NCBI GenBank assembly: GCA_964247055.1
Contig: OZ176051.1
Location: forward strand, 7,316,001-7,380,000
Direction: 5' to 3'
DNA length: 64,000 nt
Origin: Paragordius varius
Lineage: Eukaryota > Animalia > Nematomorpha
Part shown: piece after piece, positions 1 to 14,300 of the stretch
Position numbering within the stretch: the stretch's first letter is position 1
How the letters are laid out: each line of letters begins with the position of its first letter
Position numbers and translations under genes: made by a program
Notes under the pieces: generated by a model
The model's input: only the letters and a program-made list of their open reading frames with translations
What the model was told of the DNA's origin: nothing
The model's database searches: none

Positions 1-770
1 ACATGTTTTACTTTTTTGCATTATAATCTCGCAGTAATGATCATAAAATATTTGAAAGAATATATTGGAATAATCATTTATATTGATTTGGTTATGAAAT
101 TTATCTAATAATTTATAACAAATAAAAACCAATAATAAGTCTTAAACATTTTATCTTGGCAATACTATCCTTTTTAGGGTCCTTTAATTTCCCCAAAACC
201 TTAACTACATCGGTGTAGGCTTTTCTAGGGAACATATGGTTTGATCATTTTATGCAATTGATAACATGCGCCTAGGTAAAATACCTGGATAAAATTTTTA
301 TAAGTTGAAATCCACCAATTCCTTGCACCATTAATATTAATGTTAAAAAATAATAAAATATCTGATTTGTGTAAAAAAATTCAATAAACTTGAATAAAAA
401 TATTTTTGATTTATAATTTGCAGTTTTCTAGTTTTATATCCCAGAGAGATTTACAGTATGATTACGTATATATTGATAGAAAGTAATTATTGCCAAATAA
501 GGAGTAAAAAGGGAAAAAATAATTATAGACCAATATACTGCCCTTTGTTATATATGCTATTTGGCAATAATTAATAACTTTTAGCAAATATGTACTTACT
601 TCTACTGTTTATCAATATTTAACGTGTTTAAGATATGGGCCAATAAAATAATCATTTTTCAGCCTTTTTTGATTCATGGAAAAAAATTTAAAAAATAAAA
701 ACATTTTAATACATTTTACACCTTCCTTAAGATATAAAATCGCTAATATAAATTAATGTATAATGGTTAA

Positions 771-1328
771 CACTTCGATTCATTGGGGTATCTAAATACC
801 CCTGACCTTTTTTAAGCTATAAAAAAACTACTGAAAGAAACGGTCATAATTTAAATTTATGCTTCTTTCCGAATCAAAATTATATAAATAAGCCGAAATA
901 TCCAAATAAAATTTAATTTTGAAAAAAAAAGTTCCATGTCACACTACTTCGACGCCATTTTATTTTATTTTCAAAATATTGTCTTCATTTAATTTTAAGG
1001 GTAAAATTAGAGCTTATTATTTATTTAAATTACATCTAACATTGATAGAAATAGAAAAAGGGGTTTTGTATTATTTTTTATTTTTACCATTTCAAACATT
1101 TCACGTTGAGGAAATTTTTACCTATCAGTTTTAGCTTAAAATAAGTGATATCAAGTATTTTTGAAATTTTTTATATAAATTTCGGTTTATTAATGTTATA
1201 GCAGTGCAATATTTTGCCATGGCTTCGATTGCTTCCATATTTTTTAAGATATTTTATTTTAAACAGGCCGGTATCCAACTACCCCAATTTGAATCGAAGG
1301 ACTGAAATGAATGTGTTGTATCCAAGTG
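771..1328 (+). mobile_element. TTAA-flanked MITE (piggyBac-like), copy 1
   Basis: TTAA|CACTT...AAGTG|TTAA; subterminal inverted motif CTTCGATTC(AA)ATTGGGGTA; matches the copies at 27461, 51857 and 55586. Confidence 0.75.
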
Positions 1329-3661
1329 TTAAATATGGAAAAGAATAATTAAATTCTCAATATTTTAATACTCCACGCCTTTTGGGGAAATGTTATGCCC
1401 GAGAAAGCGATTTAAATTTGAACAGATTAAAAAGTATTCAAGGTATTAACCCAAATTTAAAAACAATTATTTTAGCAATTTCATTTAAATGGTGGATCTA
1501 CTTGTAAAAAATTTCGACAGATATTTTTCCTAAGCGTTGTGTCCAGTATGTTATTAAAAAGATGATTTATGAATGTGATTTCCATAAATGTGCGAGGCTA
1601 AAATCGGACCCTTTATAGTGGATATAAATAGCCAGAACTAAATCTAAAGGCTAAAAGTTTTCTGGGTAATTAATCTTATATCAGTATTATATGGTTTGAA
1701 AATAGCCCCTAGGTCCTAATACACCTGAAATTCAGATGTTTGCCGAAGTATGAGGTTTTTTCTAAACCCATCTTGTAACATGGAAGGCTAAATGCAATAA
1801 TAAGTTGAATCCCAGATTTGGTTAACGAAATATAAATAGATTAAAACTATACCCATTAATTTGAATGCCTAAACTTTATAAATTTCTTTAGCCCATAATT
1901 TCATTTATATGATCTATTAGTGATGACAAACTGGATTCTTTTATGAAAATCTCTTATGCAATTAATAACCCACTACTTTCTCCACCATAAACTATAGTAG
2001 GCTTCGGTAATAATACAGCTGAGTTATTAATGCCTGCGATTGATTCGCTGAGTTTTATGTCAATTTACATAATTTCAAGCGTTATCATCAATTTATGGTA
2101 ACTTTTAAGTAAAATTAAGTACATTCGTAGGCTTGCTTACTTCATGATCTTTTCTCTTGTTTGTTCGCGATGACATATTGGGGCAGTTTTATTTTTCTCA
2201 GAGAATCTTGTAAATAAAATACTATTATTAAAGTTATTTAATTAAAATTTCTTGTATTAGATAAAAAAAACTCATAACAGTTTCTTAAAATCTGGTGTCT
2301 AAGATTGGGACAACTCTAAAACACATAACAGTTGATATAAAAATAAATGCCAATTTTTGCTGGTAAATGTAATCTAAATGCTTTTTAAAGTTAATTATTT
2401 ACATTTTCTAACAATAATATTTACCTACATGTTGAATTAAGGATTCAAAAAATTTATAGTAAAAAATATTGGCGGTAAAAAAGTTTGAGATGATGATTTT
2501 TTAACAATTTTGCATATCTAAAAAAATCTTGTAGAATGCGCCTAAAAGATTAAAGAAAGCATAATTTTAAATTTGGCTAATACCTTAAATATTTTTTATG
2601 ATATTCAGATTTCAAATCGCTCCCAAAATTTACATTTTATTTAATGTATATACAACGTTTAAAAACGCCATCTTTATTATTTTGGTTCCGAAGTTGAGTA
2701 TTATAAAAAACTATTTGATGTTATATAAAAATCGGATATGTTTTATGATATATATTGAACTGGATCGGGGGTGTGCCGACATGCATCCCAAGAGACGCAT
2801 GAGGGGCATATATCAGGATAATCGAACAATTATGATCATAAAACTATTTTTCTAAACCCCTTTTTTTAATGGCTGAGAGTAAAAATACCCAAAACTCTGG
2901 AACCATCAAAGGCTTTTATTAACTGATAGGCTATCTGTTGAAAAATAGTACAAGCGGAATGATAGTTATAACTAATAAGTCTTTTATGGCTCTGATGGTG
3001 AAATATTTATGGGGGAAAAGATAGGTTTTTATTGTGTGCGACCGCACTTTTATATGCAAGAGAGGTTTATGATGATAACAAATTGTTTGGGACAATTTTT
3101 TTATTTGGGTTACATAATTTGTATTTTTATTTGAGAATTACTTTTAATAAATAATAGCATAATATGTAAAAATAATATAAATTCGTGTTTTTTATATTGA
3201 ATCACGATTTATTAAAATCAATTTGTTGTAGGATATACTGCGTTGTGCTTTTCATCAATACGTTTAATTTTTTTAGAGCTTGGGGGTTCCGAGTAATTAA
3301 ATAATAAATTTGTAATGAATTTGGAATTATACAATTTTGAATCTGAACTATTGTTTATTGTCAGATACCTGGATGATTCTATTTAACTCTTCTAAGATAT
3401 ATTTTAAAAGCGAAACAATTTATATTATTATTTAATAAGCCCATAAAAAAACGAGCGTCTCAAACGTGTATAAAACATATGTTTTCCATTGATTCTCAAA
3501 AATAATTTTTGCAGAAATGAAGCCTAATCCATGGAAAAAAATTAAAAAGGTGTGCTATGCTCTATGAACTCAGGAATAAAATACTTGTAGTAGTTCTATT
3601 GGTAACACTTGCTTTTCTAAGTTTCTCCTCGAATTCCCATTTCAAATTTTAGTTTAATATA

Positions 3662-4781
3662 TCAGATTTAGCTATAACTCTTAACTATTTTGTTGAATAC
3701 ACGAAATTTCAATTAATTATTCATTTTTTTATCCATCATCGCTACACATTTAGTTCATTTCTCAGTTAATATATAAAGGCTAAGTCAAAAAAAAGAATAC
3801 ATATTGCGGCAAACCATTAAACAAACCATTAAACGTCTTAGAAAAAATTTGAAATGATGTGTTCATGTGCACCATTAATTCAAAAAGTAGAAAGTCAGAT
3901 AGCTCGGTCAGGAGAGTACGGCAGTTGGGGGAAAAAACTTCCGATTAAAGTGTTTTTAAGGAACTTTCACTGATTTTGCGGTGTGAGAGGGAGCATTTTC
4001 ATGTGGCAAAATTACTTTACCGTATATTCTGGCCCACAGTCGTTTTTTGATTAATGCCATGGTTTATATAATTCATTTGTTGACAATATGGTTTTGCATT
4101 AAAGGATGCCGGGCTTTAAATGTTTATACCCACAATGCCGATCTGGTCCCCCCAGACACAGAGCATAGTCTTGTCGTCAAAGTAACTTGCCCTTGATGTT
4201 ACCGGGTTCACATGAAAGACACGATTTTTCGGCTTTGTTACAAAAATAAGGTTATTTTCCCTTGATGATTTTAAAGATCCTTTACGAATTGAATTTAACA
4301 TTAGTTAAAATTGTGTAGACTCATTTACTGAGTTTATTGGTTTTCCATTGCTCGCAGACGTATGTTGATTGATTTTTGTGATATATAGCTCTATGAATTT
4401 GTATAGATTAAGTTGGATCATCATTCAATAACTCTTCAACTTTATGGCCTTCGCAGTTGCTTGATCTACCAGAGCGCTATCGCTATTTAACATTAAAAAC
4501 ATAACTTTTAGATTTTCGAAACATTGTCACATCAATGGACGGTATCTGTTCACCATATGTTTCGACCAGCAAACGATGACTTTTAAAAATCTTTTTCTAG
4601 GAGTAAGATAAGCAATGCCTGATGCTTTCTTTTTCAGGAACAAACTTTGATATTACTGAATGATAAACATGAGGCTAGTTTGGCGTCACTTGAGTGTGCT
4701 TGTTGTTTAATGTCAGGTGAACAAAGTGAGGTCCACGTCAGCTTACATATTTTGTGTTAATGTCTCTCTTAGTTAAACCGG
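3662..4781 (-). mobile_element. Degenerate mariner (Mos1-like) transposon relic
   Basis: Minus-strand frameshifted peptides KSHRLLVETYGEQ, KTMLCVWGDQIGIV, VILPHENAPSHTAKSVK, PYSPD, WFAA, KCVA match the mariner transposase. Terminus TA-CCGGTTTAACTAAG at 4781; the left end is approximate. Confidence 0.8.
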
Positions 4782-5305
4782 TAATGACCTTGTCTATACC
4801 TGGTTATGACTTAGATTAGTGCAACAAATTACTTGAAAAAGCGTTAAAATAATTTTAAAAATATTGAACCTTTCCAATGTAAAGCATTTAATTTTTTGCC
4901 ATTGAGAATAGTTACTTTTTAGGTATTTTAGAATATATGAGGCTAAATATACGGTCTAATTCAAAATCCCAACGAGCATTTTTAACTTATTAGAAGGAGA
5001 TATTGTGAACTTTTCCACGATTAATTAATAATCATAGATTTGGCAAATCCTATATTGAAAATCCAAAACCCATTTATCTTTGTTGCAGTTAATCAATGGC
5101 AAAAATATATACCATATAGATCCATATAATAGCAAATAATCTAGATTACTTATATATTAAAATTAGGTGTCAAGAGAAATTATCCTTATTGTGGTAATTT
5201 AAGCCTATTGGGTATATATGCTGTGATATTAATTCATATATTTTGTCACCTACTCTTTAAAATTTTAGTTATTATAATTGGTTATTACTTTTCATTTTTT
5301 TTCGA

Positions 5306-8300
5306 ATGTCGTCAATTACATTTATACTGCTATCAATAATTTTATGTGCAGAAGTAATTAATCCTTTGATGGCCAATGAGAACGTATGTGAGCTGCCATT
5401 ATATAAAAGACTTATAATTTTTGTTGGAACACATCCGAGAAGTTTGTTTTATGAATATAAAATGAAAACGGTTATAAATTTAGCGTTAGAGAAATTTAAT
5501 GATTCTGCGCAGATGAAAAGGAAAATAATTCAATGGTCGTCTAATAAATCTTCTTTAATATCAAAAAGTGTTATTCAGTTAAGATGTCGAGGGGTAAATT
5601 TTACTAAAGAGATATTGTTACATCCATATCCGCACTTTAACGTTTCGTATATAAGATTGTCGCCACAAAACTTAATAGAACAATTGGACGAAGAAGCCAA
5701 TAATAATAATAATAATAATAATAATAATTTGTCAAATAAAAACTTAACAAAAAACATTGCAAATGATTTATTTCAAAACCGCTTAATGGGGCTACCAAAA
5801 ACAAGCGCTGGTATAGAAAACGCTCGCACATACTTTGGAAGTTGCGATCAAAATGCCGGGGGTTTGTTATTGGATAAGCTTAATGCTTACAAAAAATTAA
5901 AGCCAAATCTCATTATTGATGCCAACCAAACCTTTTTGGAGACCAATGGTGGCCCTATTGTTCTTGGCCCACCTTGCAGCCTAGATTTAAAGTTAGTTGG
6001 TTCGATTGCTGATTATTACAATTTTCCCATATGCACGGGTTATTCCATGTATGAAATCAATGTCGATGATTTTAACACGCTAACACGACTCTCATATAAT
6101 GCCAGAATCCAAGCCACTGTTTTAATTGATGTGTTAAAACGGTTTGGTCATCGAAACATATTGGTCCTTTATGACTTAAAATACGAGCGTATAGTATATG
6201 CCGCTAAAATATTGATTGTTAATTTGAAGTTGGATCCATTTTTTCAGAATTCACACTCGGTACTTTTTAATACCAGGATAGGGTATAATACAAAAGAAGT
6301 GTTCGAACAAATTTCATTGAAAGCAAGAGGTACAATACTTATTAAATTTATAATTTTTATGGTAAATAATTAAAGTTGGTTGATCTGATTTTGAGGAACT
6401 ATAACCACTTTTATACACTATCTATATATTATGATTATTTATATAATTTCAGCTAATTATAAATTCATTTATATAACCGTGAGTCTCAGAACGGCAAAGC
6501 CAATTCACTTAGGCTTAATAAACAATGGATATGGTTTTGAATAACCATTATATTTTTTAACTAAATGGTTAAAATATCCCTTAAAAAATTAAAATTGCTA
6601 AAATAAAATATTAGGAGGTTGTTTTTCTTATAGCAGCGGCCACGAAGAATCAGAAAAAACGAGATTGTGTTCGCTCAAAATTTTTTAAGGTTGTTTTATA
6701 ACTTAAAATATTTGAAGTATGGATATTTGTGAGCCAAATTTAAGGTAAATTTTCGTATTATATAGTAAAATTACAACCATTCAGAATCCAAAAAGATTTG
6801 AGGGTTATTTGCATGCAGGAAAAATAAACCCAAATATATAAGCAACCAGCTGAGTAAACAATTTTCGTTATTTTTTTAATTGCAAATCAAATATAATCAT
6901 AAAATACCTTTATCTTAAAAGCTTCGACTATAAGTAAAGCATCAATGAAATCAGTTTATGTAAAATCACAAGTATATTAAAATTCCCTAAAAACGAGATT
7001 ATGGTGTTCTAACGTAAAAAATTTAATTAATTAGTTTTTGTGTAAAGTTAAGTTTTTACATCTACCTTCTTAATTTTAAAACACATATGATACGTTCGGT
7101 ACTTGAGATGGAAATTGAGAGGGTATATCATAGAAAAGTACTTTTTATGTAAAAATAAGTTATTAAGAATGGAATTATTTAATTAAGTACATCCATCCAG
7201 TCAAAAGGTTTATTAACATGATGAATAATTTAATTTCATGAAAAATCTTTGCGCATATATAAGAAAAAATAGATTTTCACATTTTAGACGCTTTACTCTA
7301 TAAAAGGCGCCATTTATAATTATAATTTTAGCAAAAATTCTTCAAAATTTATATGCTTAATCAATTTTAAGAGTTTACCTTACGATCACCTGCAAAATTA
7401 CTTTAATAATACTGATTCTTATCCAAAAATGAACACACTAGTTAATTCAATTTGATATTATCATTTACACATAGCATACATTATCTTATCAAATATGAGA
7501 ATTGTACGAGAATTAATGCTAACAGCCAGGGAATTAGGTCTGTGTGACGGCAACCATTTGTTTCTGACGCTTGAATTAAATATTGATTCGCCTTTCATAA
7601 ATATGACTGTACCTTGGATCTCTGGTATATTAAAAAGTTTTAAATTTAACCCAATATTTTCGGTGAAATCATTTCTTAAAATAATTATGTCTAAAAAAGA
7701 TGACGCAAAACGTAATGATCCGGCAAAAATGGCTTTCAATACCCTTTTATATGTGAGCATACAACAACCACGCGGTGAAATATGGGATAGATTTAGAGAC
7801 ATTTCATACAACTATGCCCAAAAACATTTCAATTACACTTCGAATCATGATTGGGTATTTAAATTGATATAATATAACTGTTAAACATATATATTTGTAA
7901 TTTAAACTTTGTTGTGAATGAGGACTAATAAAATTATGTTACAGCCTTTTTCTAAAAAATATTTAAGATAATTTTTTATCGGTTAATCTGGAAATTTTAA
8001 ACGTAACTTAGCAGTGTATGGATTTGTGAGCTTAGCGCTCATAACCCAATGCACACCATATATAAATGGATTTTGAACAAGCCAAAGCGCTAGTGTTAAT
8101 GTTTTTAGATTAGCCAAATACAAATTTATTGACATTTTATCTTAATATATAAACTTCACATTTTTTGCTTTTATTATAGTTAAACTATTTCCATGAAGCA
8201 TTTTATAATTGCGTAATAATGTATGGTCAAAGTTGGATCAACCTACTTTATGGAACCGATAATATAACCAGATCGATTTCAAATCATTTTTGGAACGACA

Positions 8301-11300
8301 GTTTTAAAGGTAATTAAATGTTTCAAATATCTAATATCTTGATGTTCAATTTAAAAATTATATTATTTTTGGATGAAATAATATATATAATTAAAATAAA
8401 GGATTCATTTATTAATATTATTCTCAAATTTAACTGTACGGATGGTCAAATAGGAGAGTTTGAATTTGATTGTTTCCTAATGTAAAGACCGATTTATAAT
8501 AAATTGAAACGAAATATAAAATTTGGAGTCGAATTTATTTTAAAAACAAGTCACTCTGGTAATAGCTCTTGCAATGTGACACTAAAATCGGTTCTTTAAA
8601 TTAATAATATCAAAACCGATTATAATTGAAATAGTTCTGAGCGATTTTACAAGAATTTGTTGTAGGTCTGCGATCTAAAAAATTATATTTTACGAAAGTC
8701 GAACAAAGTAATAAAATTTAACACTTATGAACTTTTGGACCGCGTTATTATAATGGTTCTTTGTATTTTAAGAACCAAACTTTGGAATCGTAGCGGGTTT
8801 TAAATGAAATGGATATTAGACCTATATTGTATTCTTCGGTCTTTCTCAATAGTTACCAACCCCATTGGATTAATGTTATTTGTTTCTCAATCCTGTAATT
8901 ATGAAAAAACCCATAACATAACTAGTGATTTTCTACTCATTCTTCCCAGAAAATAATTAATAATTAATTGTATCTAAATATATATGGTAAATAAATTTGC
9001 GTTTCTTGTTTTATAGGATTAACAGGGGACGTATATTTGGACGAGGATGGTGATCGTATAGCCAATTTTTCTTTACATGGTATGGTTAATGCTACCACTG
9101 GTGTTTTTTCCGAGGTTGGATTATTTGATGGTACCAAAAAACAACTCCGGTTATATTTAGTAAACGAAGCTGGTCAAATTATTTTAGAAAAAGAAGAAAC
9201 AGCAAAAACTCATTTTCCTATAGAATTTCCACATAATTCGATCATAGATTGGTCCACTGGTAGAGCTCCTAAGCCAATTGATTTTTGTTTTAACAATCCT
9301 AATGATCCACAATGCCCCGATACAAACAAAAGATCAAAACTATCAGCTACCTTAACAACATCCTTTTTGATAGTAATCTTTGCTGGAATCATTACAGCAT
9401 GTGTCTTTCGTCAATATAGGTATTACGAATATTAAATAATATAATTATTGTTGTTGAGCTTGTAGTCGGTTATCGACCATTAGCGATTTTGTAGGAAAAC
9501 TTCCTCCATTCGGTTCTGTCGTGAGCTTTTTGAGATAGTTTTTGCAGTGACAATTTGGAAAGTGATAAGATTTCGTCTACCCAGCGAATACGTCTGCGGC
9601 CTCTTCCTCTCTTACCATTTACTTTTCCTAACATAATATCCTTTTCCAAAGAATTGCCCCGAATAATGTGTCCAAAGTAACCGAATTTTTGTTTTATTAT
9701 TTTACCCCGAAGCGTTGTTTGTGCGTTAATTTTATTTACAATGTCGATATTCTTTATTTTGTCCTTCCATGTTATACCAAGTATCTTTCTCCAGCAAAAC
9801 ATTTCAAACGCGTTTATTCTTTTTTCGTCTTCACTTTTGATAGTCCAGCTTTCACACCCGTATAACATGATAGGAAAGATTAATGCATTTACTAGTCGGA
9901 TTTTTGTTTTAAGGGTTATGTCATGAGATTTCCATAACTTGTAGTGTGAGGATAGAGCGCATTTGGCGATAGCTATGCGTCTTCTAATTTCTTGGGAACT
10001 GGAGCTTAAGTTGTTGATTATGCTTCCAAGGTATGTGTATTCGTTGACTACTTGAATTGTTTCGCCATTAATCCGAAGCGAGTCATAGGAATGAGGGGAG
10101 TTGATATGTAAAATTTTAGTTTTGTTGAGGTTTAATGTAAGATTGTATTTTTTGCACACATTTATAAAAGTTCGGAGACTGTTTTCGAGGTTTGTTTGTG
10201 AATTTGCTAAGATAACCGTGTCGTCTGCGTAGTGGAGAGTCGTCAGAGTGTGACCCCCTACTTTTATTCCTGGCAGATTTAGATCCCTCATGATACATTC
10301 CAAATATATGTTGAACAACATGGGGGATAAAATGCAGCCTTGACGCAGACCTATGTTCATTGGGCTCCAAGAGGTTGGGCCATGCGGGGTGTTAAGTGAT
10401 AGGTAGGAGTTGGAGTATATGGATTTAATTAGTTTGATTAAGTGATCGGAAACTCCTATTTGTTTAAGGGCCTTCCAGAGAATGTCATGTTGAACGGTAT
10501 CGAAGGCTTTAGAGAAATCCACGAAACATAGGTGTAGCTCATTTTGGAATTCACAGTTTTTTTCCATTATCCATCTAAGGTTTGAGATCATGTCTCGGCA
10601 TCCTCTTTTTTCTCTAAAGCCTGCCTGTGTCATTGATATTTCCGGTTTGACATATGGTTGTAGACGGTTTTGTATTATTTTTAGGAAAACCTTTGAGGTT
10701 TGATTGATCAATGCTATTGTACGGTAATTTTCACATAGTTTAGGATCGCCCTTTTTGAATATAGGGACCACTAGTGATTTGTTCCAGTCCGTCGGGAATG
10801 TCGCCTCGTTGAAAATTTTTTGAAATAACGAAAGAATTAATTTTATGGGAATGTGTCTTTGTAACTCGGTAGGGATATCATTGAATCCTTCTGCTTTGCC
10901 GGTTGATGAATGCTTCAGGGCCCATTCAATTTCTTCTTTTAGTATAGGAGGGTCATAAGTTTGTTCAGAGTTCATGGCAGTTATATTTGATTGTTTTGAG
11001 AATAAATTTTGGATGTATTCTTCCCAGAGTTTAATTACTCCTTTTTTATCGGTTAGAAGTTTTCCGTTTGAATGAGACATAGGACCTTTGTATATTTGTT
11101 TTTTGCGCGGTTGAATGTCTTTAATATAAGAGAAATAGTTGTGATTAAATTTAGCAGCTTGCTCGAGGTTAGCGCAGATTGTATTATAATGAGATTCTTT
11201 GTCAAATCTTATGCTTTTTTGTAGTTCATTATTAATATTTTTGTACTCAAGGGGAGTGCCCTTGGATTTTGCTACTCTTCTCTGTTCAATTAGGTCGATG

Positions 11301-14300
11301 CTTTGTTGTGATATGGTGAATTTTTTGTTTTTTGTTGTGGCGGGCGGTATATATTCTTTAGCTGTTTCGATGGTAATTTTGTGAATAGTAGACCAAAGAT
11401 CATCTGTGTTCAATGTTTCGTATTTTAGGGATTCAAATTTATTGTTAAGGATTGGAGTAAAATCGGCAGGTATAAGTTTGTAGTTCAATTTAGTTTTGGA
11501 AAAGTTTTTTTGCGGCTGAGGAAGTTGTAGCTTTATTTTGATCTTGGCCATTAATAGGTTATGATCTGAGTTGCAGTCTGCACTCGAGTAGCACCGGATG
11601 TTTTGAAATGAGCTTTTGTATTTTTGCATTCCTAATATGTAATTTATCTGATTCCTGTGTTTACGACACGGTGAGGTCCAGGTGTAGAGCCGTCTCTTAG
11701 GTTGTTTGAAAAACGTGTTCGCTATAAAGAGATTGTTTTGTTGGCAAAAATCAATTAGCCTTTCACCACGGGGGTTTTTCACTTTACCAAGGCCTTTTCC
11801 ACCGGTGACCTTGTCTGTTTTATCGTTAGCTATGATAGCGTTAAAATCGCCGATGATGAAAGTTATGTCTTTCTTGGATGTTTCACAGAGAGCCATTTGT
11901 AATTCATTATAGAACTTTTCACATTCGTCTTCGGGTGAAACACTCGTAGGGGCATAGATTTGATATATTGTTATAGCCTGGGGTCTGGTGTTGATTCGTA
12001 GGGATATAATACGATCGGAGATAGGTCTATATATATCAGTATGTTTGGCAAGATTATTCGATATTAAGAAACCGCATCCATTTCGTTTGAGTTCCCCGCC
12101 AGAGTTATAAAACGAGTAATTGTCGTATATTTTGTGTGAGTTATGTTGCATATGAGTCTCCGACAGCCCCAACACATGGATGTTTAAACGTTTCATTTCG
12201 CGAATTATTATATCCAATTTGTTATCTGAAGTCCCACGGGTATTCCAGGTGGCCATATTTAATTCTAAATTACGGGAGCTTATTTTAGAATTATGGCTTT
12301 CCATGTAGGAATTTAGTTTAGTGGTGGTGTATTGAGATATAGGAATAAATAGAAAGAATCAGTATTATATGTCCATTGATGTTTAAGAATGGTTTTTAGG
12401 GAATGAAATTGTCGATGAAAATTTTGGAGTTGTATGTTCTGTAGAAATAATTCATGTGAGATTATAATTCTGAGTGATATAATTTCTTCCGGATAATAAA
12501 AGTGATAATAAATTGATGAAGATAATGAGATAAATTCTATTTATCACCGAATGTGAACAAGATTTCCTATAAAATCAAAAGGTACGCGCATCTCGGGAGT
12601 GAACATACCAAGTTCTTCTCCGCGCCTGTAGCCGATCATGAAAAAGTATATATCCAATATAATTATAATTTTACAAATTAAAACTGTAAATTATTTTTTC
12701 ATTTTGCCTATAAAACTGAAAAATATATTATAAAACTTGGATAATTAATATGGTCATTTATTTGTGATGTCCCTATCAATTTATAATATTAGTATATTAT
12801 CACTAAAACATTTACATGTAGCCAGGTGTTGTCAAAGTCTTTACGCTCAACATGTATAGATAAATAAATCATTTATTTTATTCAAATTATTATCAATCGA
12901 CTTCTATATATTTCGTGCATCAAGCTATATATGAATTACTTAAGTGCTGCTCTGCTAGAATGTGCCATATTGATACTATACCATTTTTCATGCAAAAACA
13001 TCATTTTTTCAACCAAATGCAACATTTTTTTCAACCAAACGCAACATTTTTTCAAGCAAACGCAACATTTTTTCAAGCAAAGACATCATTTTTTCAAGCA
13101 AACGCAACATTTTTTCAAGCAAACGCAACATTTTTTCAAGCAAACGCAACATTTTTTCAAGCAAACGCAACATTTTTTCATCCAAACGCAACATTTTTTC
13201 AACCAAAGACAACATTTTTTCAAGCAAAAACAACAATTTTTTAAAAATTAAAAACCATTTTTTTTATTTTAAGACATATTAAATTTAAAGTTAATGGAAA
13301 TTAATTTTAGCGTAGAATTATGATTTTTATTATTTTATCATAAATATGTGATGGTATGATTGATTTTCAAACAAAATTTTGCCCATAATTGCATTATTTA
13401 TATTATATTTTTTCTTTTACAACAGTTTCACTAAATCAATAAATTCAACTTGCGCTTTAAGAGTGTCTTGTTTAAAGTTTCTTTCATTTTTTTGCAAACA
13501 ACCGTTATTTTCGTATGTAATTATCTATTTTTTTTAATTTAAACTAATATCTTTATTTATTAGTATTTGAATCAAAAATAATATTTTTATAGTAAAAACA
13601 TCTCTATTTGTTTCGAACTAATTTTCTTTAAATCAATATTATTAACTTATTGATGTTTTAAACTAAATATTACGATTAATAACCCACAAATCCTAGATGT
13701 TTAATAATGTTAAATTTTTTATAAAAAATAATATTGATATACGGTTCTTATGAAAGAAATGGTATTCCCTTAAAAGTTTAGGAAATAAAGAAAATAGGTT
13801 AATGATAGGATAGATGAATATAATATTGCTTGATTAATAAAAGTTAGAAGCAAAATTAAAATATTGAAGGACCAAATTGAAGTGTTCTAGGACCAACTTT
13901 AAATTTTCAAGGACAATTTTGAAGCGAAAATGTATGGACTGATAAGGTTAAACTAAAGTTGTAAAAGAATAAAATAATATAAATAATGCAATTATGGGCA
14001 AAATTTTGTTTGAAAATCAATCATACCATCACATATTTATGATAAAATAATAAAAATCATAATTCTACGCTAAAATTAAGTTCCATTAACTTTAAATTTA
14101 ATATGTCTTAAAATAAAAAAAATGGTTTTTAATTTTTAAAAAATTGTTGTTTTTGCTTGAAAAAATGTTGTCTTTGGTTGAAAAAATGTTGCGTTTGGAT
14201 GAAAAAATGTTGCGTTTGCTTGAAAAAATGTTGCGTTTGCTTGAAAAAATGTTGCGTTTGCTTGAAAAAATGTTGCGTTTGCTTGAAAAAATGATGTCTT

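Noticed and set aside
919-1134. Short ORFs at 919-1134, 27241-27501 and 27903-28094
   Set aside because: They fall in or overlap TTAA-MITE copies or lie antisense to a GCP3 exon; low-complexity AT-rich translations.
1900-2200. Minus-strand PTIVYGGES resembling an RTE RT motif
   Set aside because: A single weak motif among stops; not enough to annotate.
5575-5831. Antisense poly-Leu and poly-Tyr ORFs
   Set aside because: Shadows of the (AAT)10 tract in guanylate cyclase exon 1.
6453-6540. Candidate extra exon in guanylate cyclase intron 1
   Set aside because: 6329 splices in phase to 7475, giving the conserved KARAYIIL; the candidate has no family similarity.
12982-13236. CRISPR-like regularly spaced repeat
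   Set aside because: Units are head-to-tail with no unique spacers, there are no cas genes, and the context is eukaryotic.
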